Origin: Felis catus
Lineage: Eukaryota
Length of the DNA stretch: 64,000 nucleotides
NCBI RefSeq assembly: GCF_018350175.1
Contig: NC_058369.1
Location: forward strand, 9,674,001-9,738,000
Direction of reading: 5' to 3'
Every line of letters begins with the position of its first letter. Positions within the stretch are counted from its first letter, which is position 1. Below, piece by piece: positions 39,946-52,000 of this stretch. The translations under genes were made by a program, and so were the position numbers. The notes beneath the pieces are model-generated. The model was not told the DNA's origin, made no database searches, and saw only the letters and a program-made list of their open reading frames with translations.

Positions 39946-40839
39946 GAAAAAAGGCATCCACTCCGACAGACAAACCAGAAGGTACCCTGTCTCCAGCTTG
40001 GGGAACACAGCTAAGCTGGATTTCAGCCCCTGAAATCCTGAGGGATGCCGGTGCCCTCAGCCAGGCATAACAGCACAGCCAACCACACACAGCGGTTTAT
40101 GTTCTAAATGCAAAAAGGGGGGAGGGTCTTGTAGCTAAATAATTTTTAAAAATTTTTTAACATTTATTTATTTTTGAGAGAGAGAGAGACAGGATGCAAG
40201 CAGAGGAAGGGCAGAGAGAGACGGAGACACAGAATGTGAAGCAGACTCCAGGCTCCCAGCTGTCAGCACAGAGTCCTATGTGGGGCTGGAACCCACAAAC
40301 CAGGAGATCATGATCTGAGCCAAAGTCTGAGGCCCAACTGACTGAGCCACCCAGGCGCCCCTAAATAAATTTTACATAAAGTGAATAGTTGTCAGTGCAC
40401 TGAGGACGTTTTCTATTTAAAGAAATCCTGCTCTGAAGTCCTTTGAAGAGACTGCTGTCCTAATGGAATTAGTCACCACTGAGTCATTTCTGCAAAATTC
40501 AGATTCGTGATTCGGTCTAAGCCAAGATCTGGCCGGAGAAGTCAGATAAATTATAGATGCCATTAATAAATTATAGAGTACTTAAAGGCAAAAGAGGAAA
40601 GAAAAAATGACACGTGAAGGTAAGCGGGATTGACACCGGGAGTGTGGTCTTCACCCGCACCCAATCGTGGCCAGGATCCGCCCGCCGGTGGTTGTCATTT
40701 AATTAACTGTTAAGTGCTCCTGGGGACAGGAATCAGCTTTTGTCCAGTTGGAAGGGAATGAACGAAGGGACGAGGAACAACCCGCAGAAGCTTCACCGAG
40801 TTTAGGCAAAAGACCAAACTTTAAAGAACAAGCAACTGG

Positions 40840-41310
40840 GACTCCGCGCGTTCTCGCCCCGCCCGGGTTGCCAGGACAACCGCGCCGGCGTCCGGGCTGA
40901 GCCCCTGGCGCGCGCGCCTGCGCCTGCGCAGACGCCTAGTTCTTCGCCTGGCGGCTCTGTTCTTCCGCCGAGGTCCTCGCGCAGCCGGGAAGCGGGGTCG
41001 CCGGAGCCCAGAAGGGAGAAGCACGTCTGAGCGCCCCCTTGGTGCCGAGAGCCCTTCGGGGAGCCCTGGAGAGGACCCCCGCCTTTCCAGGCCAGCCCCT
41101 TCCTTCAAAGCTTGAGACCGTGGTCCAGTTCTGTGCTCCCAGCCTCGGTTTCCCCGTTTGTAGTATGTGGGTTCACAGCCCCTTGTCTCAGCAGCCGAAG
41201 AAGATCTAGAAAACTGGGAACAAGGTGGGCTCCGTGGGGAGCGCTCGCGAGCCCTTTGTGGCGGGAGTGGTGGGGGGAGGGACCCTCTTCAAACAGCCCG
41301 AGGAGGTGGG
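40840..41310. promoter_or_regulatory. Second CpG island, candidate upstream promoter
   Basis: CpG-dense non-repeat sequence with X-box GTTGCCAGGACAAC (40867-40880) and NRF1 motif TGCGCCTGCGCA (40919-40930); CCAAT at 40661 just upstream. Confidence 0.7.
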
Positions 41311-41465
41311 TGTTATCATTTTCCCCATTTTACAGGGAAGGAAACTGAGGCCCAGAAAAGGGAAGTGACCCGCCCAAGGGGTTCAGCTAGTGCCTGGGCA
41401 GGACCAGGAGGGGAAGATGCCCACCTTGGGGTAACCCTCACTGGAGAATCTGGGGGTGGGGTGAG

Positions 41466-41515
<50 letters not shown>

Positions 41516-41814
41516 ATGTTAAAAAATTAAATTCTTTTACCATTGTTCTGTGCCCCAAAGTATATGCTATACTAATTTTCTAATGATATGGAGATTCTTA
41601 ACAATAGCCAGATTTTCTGGAAACTAGCTGTCCAATTGGAGTTTATGAAACCATAGATGATTGTCATGGACAGTTCAACTGAGTGGACCAAGCATTGGGC
41701 AAGAATCAGGAAACCTGGGGTCTGTCCCCATTTCTGTCATTACAGGCTCTATGGCTTTGTCTCTCAACCTCCCTGGACTCACTTTCCCCCTCTGTCAGGT
41801 GAAGATACTGAGAT

Positions 41815-44800
41815 GATTTTTTTTTTTAAGTTTTATTTTTAAGTAATCTCTACATCCAGTGCAGGGCTTGAACTCACAGCCCCGAGATCAAGAGTCACAG
41901 GCTACATTGACCGAGGGAGGCAGGCAACCCTCAGCTTGTCCATTTTTTTTTTTAATTTTTTAATGTTTATTTATTTTTGAGATGGAGACAGCACGAGTGG
42001 GGGAGGGGCAGAGAGAGAGGGAGACACAGAATCGGAAACAGGCTCCAGGCTCCGAGCCATCAGCCCAGAGCCTGATGCGGGGCTCGAACTCACGGACCAC
42101 AAGATTGTGACCTGGCTGAAGTCGGACGCTTAACCGACTGCGCCACCCAGGCACCCCAGAGATGATTTTTTTTTAATGTTTATTTTTGAGAGACAGATAG
42201 CATAAGCCGGGGGGGGGGGGGGGGGGGGGGGGGAGGGGGACGGCAGAAACAGAGAGGGAGACACAGAATGCAAAGCAGGCTGCAGGCTTTGAGCCCAACG
42301 CCGGGCTTGAACCCACGAACTGGGAGATCGTGACCTGAGCCGAAGTCAGACACTTAACCTACTGAGCCACCCAGGTGCCCCTGAGATGATTTCTAAGGGC
42401 CTGGAAATGCTCATATTCTGACAAGACCCCTCTCCCCACCTCGCCCTGCCCCTTGGAATTATTAAAGCCACCCGCCTCCCTCCGAGGGGTTCTCTTCACC
42501 TCCAAATGTCTTTTGTTAACATCTCTCAGCCCCCTCCTCCCCCCCGCCCCGGCCTGGTCCCTCAGACACATCTTTCAGAGTCCGTTTTTCCAGGCTGTTG
42601 TTACCACTCAGACAAATGCATTATTATCCCTGATTCTAACAAGTAAATTATGGTGATGTTTAACACAGCAGTGTCAGGGGCTTGTTGGTGGCAAATTACG
42701 GTGTTTAAGCACAAGATGCCCTGATGTTTCCGTGAGGAAAAATAAAATGAAGCTTAAAACTGGCCTTTTAATTTTTTTTTCAACGTTTTTATTTATTTTT
42801 GGGACAGAGAGAGACAGAGCATGAACGGGGGAGGGGCAGAGAGAGAGAGGGAGACACAGAATCGGAAACAGCTCCAGGCTCTGAGCCATCAGCCCAGAGC
42901 CCGACGCGGGGCTTGAACTCACGGACCGCGAGATCGTGACCTGGCTGAAGTCGGACGCTTAACCCACTGCGCCACGCAGGCGCCCCCGATCTAAACATTT
43001 AAAAAAAGTTTTTTAATGTGTATTTATTTTTGAGAGAGAGAGAGAGAGACAGGGAGACAGAGTGTGAGTGGAGGTGAGCAGAGATAGAGAGGGAGACACA
43101 GAATCCGAAGCAGGCTGCTCCAGGCTCCAAGCTGGCAGCACAGAGCCCGACGCGGGGCTCAAACCCACGAACCGCGAGATCATGACCTGAGCCGAAGTCG
43201 GACGCTGAACCCACTGAGCCACTCAGGCGCCCCAAGGCGATCTAAACATTTTGCTTGAAGTTTGAGATGATGTTCTAGAAAGTATCAGTGTGCTAGACAT
43301 CTCGCTCTCTTTTCGCCCCTTCCCCTCATTTCACACCTTTTTCTGTGTCTTGCCCCCCCCCCCCCCGCCGCCCCCAGGACTCTCATTTGACAAAGCATCG
43401 CCTTCCTCACTGGGTCTGTGCACAGCAGCTTTCTGGAGGGTGACATTTACATGTGCTGCTGGTGGCAGGAGAAGGGATTTATTACGCGAGGTGGGGGTGG
43501 CGGCAGTCCTGTGGTCCCTAAACCTGATTCCTGCACCCCCCCACCCCACCCCCACCCCCCACCCCACCCCCACCCCCCACCATGTTGCACTTGTTTGGAA
43601 ACATCACCTGAAGGCAGATGATTCCGAGCAGGTGGACACAATGAAGAAACATCATTCGGATATGGAGCTTCACAAGCAAACTTTGTGCTGAGGCTTGCTG
43701 TCCCAAAGGGTCTGAGTTCTGTTTCTTAGCCTCTTCGTGTTTTTATTGGAATCCATCACAGAAGCAACAAAGGAACAGACTTCCTCTTAAGAAGTTTGCA
43801 GTAGTTGGGCGGCGCCTGGGTGGCTCAGTCGATGAAGCGATTAAGCATCTGACTCGATTTTGGCTCAGGTCGTGCTCTCCCGGTTCGTGAGACTGAGCCC
43901 CCCGCATCGGGCTCTGCACTGGCAGAGCCTGCATGGGATTCCCTCTCTGTCTCTGTCTCTCTCTCTCTGCCCCTCCCCTGCTCACACTGTCTCTCAAAAT
44001 AAATAAATAAGCAACAAAAACACTGTCAATTGTGTTCATGGCTTTTGGACAACTACTTCTTAAGGAGAAGAGCCGTCTGTAGTAAAAATCTACTTGGCCC
44101 AGGAGGTGATACAAGTAGGGGGACTCCACTCAATTCCTTCCATATGTCATTTGTCTACACACAACGGTTATATCAAGCCTAACTCCCCAGTATTTTCAAA
44201 AGACTTTAGTGAGGCGCCTGGGTCAGTTAAGTCCGACTCTTGATTTCCGCTCGGATCGTGATCTCATGGTTGATGGGATCGAGCCCTGCATATGACAGCT
44301 CAGAGCCTGCTTGGGATTTTCTCTCTCCCCCTCTGCCCCTCCCCCTCTCAAAATAAATAAACTTAGGGGCGCCTGGGTGGCGCAGTCGGTTAAGCGTCCG
44401 ACTTCAGCCAGGTCACGATCTCGCGGTCCGTGAGTTCGAGCCCCGCGTCGGGCTCTGGGCTGATGGCTCAGAGCCTGGAGCCTGTTTCCGATTCTGTGTC
44501 TCCCTCTCTCTCTGCCCCTCCCCCGTTCATGCTCTGTCTCTCTCTGTCCCAAAAATAAATAAACGTTGAAAAAAAAATTTAAAAAAAAAAATAAAAAAAA
44601 AATAAATAAACTGAAAAAAAGTTTAAAAATTAAAAGATTTTAGTTTGTCCTAATCATGGTCTTAAAGATGATATCCTGGATACAATTCTTTTCTTTGAGG
44701 CCATTTCTTTTTTTTTTTTTTTTAATTTTTTTAACGTTTTTTTATTTTGGGGACAGAGAGAGACAGAGCATGAACGGGGGAGGGGCAGAGAGAGAGGGAG

Positions 44801-45281
44801 ACACAGAATCGGAAACAGGCTCCAGGCTCTGAGCCATCAGCCCAGCGGGGCTCGAACTCACGGACCACCGCGAGATCGTGACCTGGCTGAAGTCGGACGC
44901 TTAACCAACTGCGCCACCCAGGTGCCCCATGAGGCCATTTCTCCTACAGACCATGTTCACTAGCATAAACTGATACAGAGACTCAACCTTGAGGTGCCCT
45001 CAGATCCCGAAGTCCAAAAGTTAAAAGTACTGATCTTATTTCAGCTTTGATAAACCTCAATTAATTTATTATTGTTTTTAATGCTTGTTTATTTTTGAGA
45101 GAGAGAGGCAGAGCGTGAGCAGGGGAGGGGCAGAGAGAGAGGGAGACACAGAATCCAAAGCAGGCTCCAGGCTCCAGGCTCCAAGCTGTCAGCACAGGCC
45201 CCACGCAGGGCTTGAACCCACAAACCGTGAGATCATGACCTAGCCGAGGTTGGACGCTTAACTGAGCCACCCAGGCGCCCC
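41815..45281. mobile_element. Ten CanSINEs (41815-, 41945-, 42165-, 42770-, 43000-, 43808+, 44211+, 44366+, 44708-, 45070-)
   Basis: SINE structures; repeated junctions gagatgattt and gatctaaacattt; TSD gaggccatttct around 44708-44928. Confidence 0.9.
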
Positions 45282-46879
45282 AATATCAGTTAATTTATAC
45301 AGTGGGATGAAGCGGGGGGGGGAGCCTATTTGTTAAGCCAAAGACTTCCAGCTCAACATCCTCGGAATCTAGACAAAGGACCAGGCATCATACTAACTGG
45401 CTTCTCCACGTTATCCCATGAAACCTCTCCAACCAAGTAGGGATCATTATCTCTATCTTTGGATAGTGAGACTGAGCCACACAGTAGTTAACAACTTGCC
45501 CCAGGTCCCCAAACTAAGAGGTCCTCCGTGGCCCTTGAGGGTAAGGTGGCCCTTGAGGGTAAGGCCAATTGCGGGGAAACAGGTCTCAGCTTTTTATGTC
45601 AAGAACTTCCTGATGCTTAGAGCCTGCCCCTTGCACCCAAAGCTGCCCTATGATGCCGGAATGCCCTTCCCTCCCCACAGCATTCTTTTTTCTTATTCAG
45701 AATGCTTTACAAGCACATCTGTGGGCATTTATTGCATTATTTCCCCTGGGTGGAGCCAAGATATCCCACTTTACACAAACAGAGATGAAATGATTCACTG
45801 AGGGTCCCCAGAGCTAGAATTCAGGTCCCTCCCTGCCACCCTGCCCAGACTGGCTAATTACCCTCCTCCCCCTAAGTCGGTTCCCTTGGCCCCACAGGCA
45901 CTGGCCTGCATTTGACATCTTTATAGAACTGGCCTGCATTTGACATCTCAGGCTGATGTCTGGATTCCATCACCTGCCTTATGTGTGAGTGATGAGAGAG
46001 GCTCCATATGTCCCTTGAAAGCCAAGGATCCTCATACGTCCCCTCCTCTAAATATTACAAGTGGCATTTTGTGGTTTTTCCATCACTCTCTTCAGTCAGG
46101 TACAGGACTAGGATTCAAGCAAAATCCGGACGCGGTAAGCAAGACTGGGGTTGGACACAGTTCCACAGCTCCATCTCGTCCATCAGGATCTGTGACCATT
46201 ACTCTGCCCTGTCCCCCCTTCTTCTGCCTCGTTCCTTTTCATCCAGCTCAGGAGTCACCCCTCCTAGCGATCTTGCCTCACTCCTGCCCACTCCCAAACC
46301 ACCACTCTTGTCAAAGACTCCTCTGAGTTCCTGTAGCCCTTAGGCTTAACGCGTACAATCCGAAACAGCATAGCTCAGGAATCAGAGGAACAAGGTGCAG
46401 CATCAGCAGAATGAGATCCAATCTTCCACCCCCCACTAGCTGTGTGACTTTAGGCCAGTTACTTAACCCCTCTGGGCCTGTCCCCTCATCTGCAAACTGG
46501 GAATGATGGAGTATCCATTTCCTAGGGGCAGCATTCCCTGAGATGACACATGTAAGTGAGCAGCGAGCCCTGGTGAACGATGCCTGGCGAGTTATGAGCA
46601 CTCAATATGCAGCACCATGATCACGTGAGAACTGACTTGTGTGGGCTTTAGAACAGGGCTCGGCATTGAATAATGTAGTATTAGTATTGTCGTCATTTCT
46701 CACACTGTCCTGAATAAATTGCCAGTGGAAGTGGCTGCCTCATCAGAGGAAAGGGTGTGTTGTTTGCTTCTGAATCGCATACAGCAGGCATCTAATAAAT
46801 GGCTATTGAATGACAAAGAAACAGATTCTGTTGGGCCCTACAGGGCATAAAAGTAAACTCAAAAGCCACTCTCCGAGAC

Positions 46880-47130
46880 AAGGGCTGGTCCACTTCTGCA
46901 AAGGTAGTAAACTGTTTTAGACTGTGTGGGTCACACACTCTTGTTGCAACCATTCAACTCTGCTCTTGGAGTGGGAAAACGGCCATGGACACGTGGGTAA
47001 ATGAATGGGCACGGCTGTCTCCCAATAATATTTTATTTACGGGCACTTCATATTATTTTGAACTTCATATTATTTTCGCAATTCATAAAAGGTAAATTTT
47101 TTTTCCACAACCATTTAAAAATGAATAAAG
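46880..47130. mobile_element. MER58-like DNA transposon remnant immediately upstream of the YJU2B promoter
   Basis: ttgcaaccattcaactctgc...aatgaatgggcacggctgt..ccaataa...ccacaaccatttaaaaatg; similar to 33862-34084. Confidence 0.6.
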
Positions 47131-47199
47131 ATTTTTTAGATCGCTAGCCTTTCAAACGCAGAGAGCAGGTTCGATTTGACCCGCGGGCTGCAGTCGGCC

Positions 47200-47700
47200 A
47201 ACCCTCGCCCTACCTCTTCCCCTAACAAGACAGAGCTCCCAGGAAAGCGGGCCTCGGATTGGGCCAGGCAGAGTGGGTGGGGCCTGGGGGGGGGGGGCTT
47301 CGTGTCTTCGCGCATTGGGAAGGGAAAACCCGGATTGGTCCACTCCGTTTGGCAGTCGGCCAATCAAATCAGGGCGGCCCTGCCGCTTTGCCCCGCCTCG
47401 CGCTAGCGCCTGCGTTACGCGGGGAGTGCGCCACGCCCCCTTGCGCGCTCGGGACTCACTTCCGGGCACTGGCACGGCGTGACGTCAGGAGGAGGGCAGG
47501 TAAGTACAAGCGGGCGGTGGGGGCGGTGAGGGCCGGGGGTCTGGTCGTTGCTTCACCCGACCTCGGAGCCGCTCGACGGGGTGAGCGCGCGGGGGCTCGT
47601 TGGGCACTGCGGTTGTGGGCACGATGTCCGGAGCCGGCTCCGGTCCCAGCCGCGACCTTAGTCCCAACCCCAGGCAGTTTTATGTCTGAAGGGCCTTTGG
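47200..47700 (+). promoter_or_regulatory. YJU2B: YJU2B CpG-island promoter and non-coding first exon (donor after 47499)
   Basis: CpG-dense. CCAAT/ATTGG boxes at 47258, 47314, 47334 and 47360; ETS motif CACTTCCGG at 47457; palindromic CRE TGACGTCA at 47480-47487; consensus donor CAG|GTAAGT at 47500. Confidence 0.85.
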
Positions 47701-48439
47701 GTTTTCTTAGCTGAAAGATGGGACCAGTGAGCCCCTGCCTCGCTGGGTTATGGTGAAGATTTAGATGCTCGTAAAATGGTTTGGCACGAGAAGTAATCGA
47801 AAGTGCCAACATTTAACTCTGCATCAGGCGCTGTGCTAAGTCCTTCAACTCACTGAGCCTTGACAGCAACCTTATCAGGTTGATACTTTTATAAACCCTC
47901 CTTTACAGATGAGAAAACTCGGGCTCAGAGAGAGAGGCTCTGCCAAAAGTCAAAACCGCTAGAACGCAGCCGAATCGGGGTCCAAGCCCACGCACTATGC
48001 CCTAAGCCAGTGGGGTTTATCATAACTCCTGGCACCAACGACTAGAAATTTCTATACATCCATCCTATAACACCCGCTCCCTGGGGTGGCAAAACCACTG
48101 TTAAGAGCCCCAGCTCCTGTAAATGAGGTCCCCCGCGAACACTTCCAGCATCTTATTTCATTCACAGCAACTCCAGAAAGTCAGTCCGGTCACCCTCATG
48201 TACTCGTTACAGATGAGGAAGTCGAAGTTCAGGGAAGCTCAGACACTGGCTGAGGTCACCTAGTTAGTCAGGACAGGAGCTGGGATGCAGCCCCAGGGAA
48301 CTGTATCCCAAGCCGGGGTGGGCACTTAGCATTGTTAGGTTGGAAGCGACCTTGGGAAAATCCAGTCCAAGGGCACACTTTACAGATGAAGGATCTGAGG
48401 CGAAGAGATGTTCAGGGTCATGGCAGAACAGTTTAAATT

Positions 48440-48641
48440 TCTTTTCAATGTTTATTTATTTTTGAGAGACAGAGCGCAAGCAGGGGAGGGGCAGAGTGAG
48501 AGGGAGACCCAGAATCCGAAGCAGGCTCCAGGCTCTGAGCCGTCAGTACAGAGCCCGACGCGGGGCTCGAACTCATGAACCGTGAGATCATGACCTGAGC
48601 TGAAGTCAGACGCTTAACCGACTGAACCACCCAGGTGTCCC
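48440..48641 (-). mobile_element. CanSINE in YJU2B intron 1 (antisense)
   Basis: Reverse-complement SINE structure. Confidence 0.92.
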
Positions 48642-48829
48642 TGTTACCAGACACTTTTGGATGATGGCACCGTGAGCCCTCATAGTTAGCAATTTTCCTT
48701 TCCAGGGAGTCCCAAGAGACTTCTGGCTTGAGGCAGGGAGTCGACAGCGCGCAATCTGCAATCCGTGTCTCATCACCTTTTCAGATCAGCCGATCAGTCG
48801 AGGGCGAGGACCAGTAGGCAGCTCGCAAG

Positions 48830-48832
48830 ATG
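48830..48832 (+). CDS. YJU2B: YJU2B coding exon 1 (ATG only, at the 3' end of exon 2; acceptor at 48785 or 48706)
   Basis: gcaagATG|gtgagt donor at 48833; upstream acceptors ccttttcag| (48785) and ttcctttccag| (48706). Confidence 0.85.
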
Positions 48833-49040
48833 GTGAGTAGACAGCCTCGTGCTCACCGGGTTTTTCTTCTGGTCTGTGTCAGGCCCGGAAGTAGCCCTTT
48901 CCCTCCCCCACCCCAGGCTGTAAGGAGGTATTTCCAAACTCCGGATCATGATCTTTTTGGTGCATTGGTTCTCAAAGTTGGCATTGCACTAAAATCACCC
49001 AGGGAGCTTTTTCCTTTCCTTTCTTTCTCTCCTTCCTTCC

Positions 49041-49096
<56 letters not shown>

Positions 49097-52000
49097 TTTT
49101 AAGGAGGTGAAATTCAAACAACATGAAATTAACCATTTTAGAGTGTACGATTTAGTGGCATTTAGTATTTTCATATTGTTGGACAACCACCACCTTTATC
49201 TATTTCCAAAGCATTCCCAACTCCCCAAAAAGGAAATCCTATCCCCACGAGCAGTCCCTCCCCGGCCCCAGCAACCACCCGTCTGCTTCCTGTCCACATG
49301 GACTTTCCCGTTTGGGACATTTCGTGTAAGTGGAATCATATGCGATGTGGCCTTTTGCGTTTGGCTTCTTTCACCCAACACAATGTGTTTGAGGTTCATC
49401 CACGTCGTAGCGGGAGTCAGGACGTCCTTCCTCTTTGTGGCCGAATAATATTCCACCGTCCAGATCTGCCGCATGGTGGGTCCCCATCCATCCGTTGAAG
49501 AACGTTTGAGTTGTTTCTGCCATTTGGCTGTCATCACTACGGCTGCTAGGAGCGTGCGTGCACAACGATTTGTCCAAACATCTGTTTCCAGGTTGCTTTT
49601 TAAAAGCCCGGGGGTCCGGGTGCCAGGCCCGGAGGAGCCCTCGTCAGGAGGGGCGGGGCCCAGGCGTCGGGATTTTAGAAACTCGTCAGGTGCACGCAAC
49701 GTTCGGCCAAGGTGGAGACCCGCTCCTACCTGGGTCATCAGGTCAATTTATTGGGCGGCTGCCAGCATTTAGAAAGTGAGACCCTGGCAGCTGGATAGGC
49801 GTTCTTTCTCGAAGCCTGTGCTGTGCTTTGGCTGTACGACGCGCATGTTTACGCAGCGGCTGTGTTAACGTGTCCTGCTGTCAGTCATGGTCCCCAAAAC
49901 ACGGGAAGCCCTTGCTTTAGCAGAGTCGGATTCTCTTGTAATTTTCCACTGTGACGACAGCGGCTCGCCAGTCCCCAAGTCACGGTCCCCAGTCCGACCC
50001 AGAGCCCAGGGCTTCTCTGGGATGTCTCTCAACCTCCCCGCCACGGCCCCCCATCCGGGCCCTGCCCCTGCAGGCCTCCTGGAGGGCCCTCTCTGAGTCA
50101 CATCTCTCTTCTGCTTTCCAGGGTGAAAGGAAAGGTGTAAACAAGTATTACCCTCCGGATTTCAATCCCGAAAAGGTAAGGCCGGGTTCCCTTCCCTGTG
50201 TCCACAATAGCAAAGAGACTCCACAGAGCAGGGGCCACATAGCACGGCATCCCCCCCTGACGTCAGGGCCACGGCTGCAGGAGTGCGGGTGGCCTCTGAA
50301 GTGTCACTGCCTCGCTGGTTTGCACTTGTCACAGGAGTCTCGGGACAGTCTTGTTTTTTTTTGTTGTTGTTGTTGTTTTTAGCATTTATTCATTTTTGAG
50401 AGACAGAGTGAGGGGAGAGTAGGGGAGGGGTTGGGGGGTGGGGGAAACACAGAATCTGAAGCGGGCTCCAGGCTCTGCACTGACAGCCTGACAGCAGTGA
50501 GCCTAACATGGGCCTCGAACCCACGAACCGTGAGATCGTGACCTGAGCCGAAGTCAGACGCTTAACCAACTGAGCCACCCAGGCGCCCCACAGGACGGTC
50601 TTTATTCCCCGTGGAAAATGGGGCTGTGTGGTCAGTGACCTTTTACCCTGGGCCCAGCATGGCCTGTTTCCTGCGAAGGTCAGGGTGAAGTCCAGCACAT
50701 GGGCTGCATCAGACCCCCTTTGCACTCTCAGCTCTGGCTCCTCTGCGTTCCTCTTTGTTCCCTGTGCTCTTCCATCCGCCTGGAATCTCTTCTTCTTTTG
50801 ACCACAGGCGCCTTCCCTTCCTTCAGGTCTCTCCCCACAGGGGGCTTCCCTGACCCCCGTCTCGTTCTCTGTGGCGTCACCTAGGGCTTTATTTCTCATC
50901 GTAGCCGTTACAACTCCGGGATGCGCTATCCCTTCATATGGATGTTGTTCCCTGTCCCCCTCTAGAATGTCCACCTGAGGGCAGAGACGTTCATCCGTCC
51001 TGTTCACAACTGTGGTCCCACGCTGTAGGTGCTCAGTAAGGGCCGGTGAGTGAATCGGCGCGTCCCAGCTTCGTGGTCCTGGGCACGTGACTGGCCTTTC
51101 TGTGCCACAGTTTCCCCATAGGTCACAAGGGGAAAATAAAAAATGGCTCTATGTCACAGGATCCTTGAGGGGTTGAAACAAGATGACACAGGGCGCCCGT
51201 GTGGCTCATTCGGTAGAGGTGCAACTCTTGATCTTGGGGTTGTAAGTTCGAGCCCCAGGGTGGGTATAGAGATTACTGAAAAAAATTGGGGCGCCTGGGC
51301 GGCTCAGTCAGTTAAGCGACCGACTTCGGCTCAGGTCATGATATCTCATGGTTTGTGGGTTCGAGCCCCGCGTCGGGCTCTGTGCTGACAGCTCGGAGCC
51401 TGGAGCCTGTTTCGGATTCTGTGTCTCCCTCTCTCTCTGCCCCTCCCCACCCCCCTTTCAAAAATAAACACTAAAAAAGGTAATTAGAAAAAATAAATAC
51501 ATCGTAAAGTCACCTTTACAGAAAAAGAGAAGATACACACGTAGTACCCAGTAAACACTAACCAGTACTGACAGCTCACCTGGTCTGCCCCACAGCACCA
51601 GAGGTGATGACAGTCATTGCCCCCAGTCGACAGATAGAGGAAACAGAGGCTGGAAAGCAAAAAGTGAGGTCACTCCCCGGGGTCATGCAGCTCGTTCAGC
51701 TCCTCGACGGAAGAACAAAGATTCAGACTCACATATTCCTGCTTCCAACCCCACTTGCCCCACCAAGGCCTTAGTGCCTCACAGTCTGCTGTTGACACCG
51801 CCCACAGGACCTGAGATAGAGGCCTCTCTCAGCCTGCGAGAGACAGCCTTGCTGTGCTAACCTGCTCCTGTGTCCTTTCCGTGCAGCATGGCTCTCTCAA
51901 CCGATACCACAACAGCCACCCGCTACGGGAGCGGGCTCGGAAGCTGTCCCAAGGCATCCTCATTATCAGGTAAGACCCTGGCATCACCTGAGGATCCCTG

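Larger units (their letters stand above)
34331..40362. mobile_element. Dispersed CanSINEs (34331+, 35441+, 35965+, 36582+, 36812+, 37590-, 38369+, 39475+, 40145-) with L1/MIR/MaLR fragments
   Basis: SINE structures with TSDs such as aagacgcaaccc (34331), ccctacttta (36582) and agaaaaaggcaccaa (39475). Confidence 0.85.

Noticed and set aside
10..45270. Dozens of similar ORFs (MAQSVKRPTSAQVMISR..., MGQRETEHERGRGRERG..., GAPGWLSQLSVR...) that look like a repeated protein family
   Set aside because: They are translations of CanSINE copies in different frames, not genes.
49196..49738. 180-aa minus-strand ORF with L1-like C-terminal motifs (EYYSATKRKDV...ATTWMNL)
   Set aside because: Degenerate L1 3' fragment in an intron, not an autonomous element or host gene.
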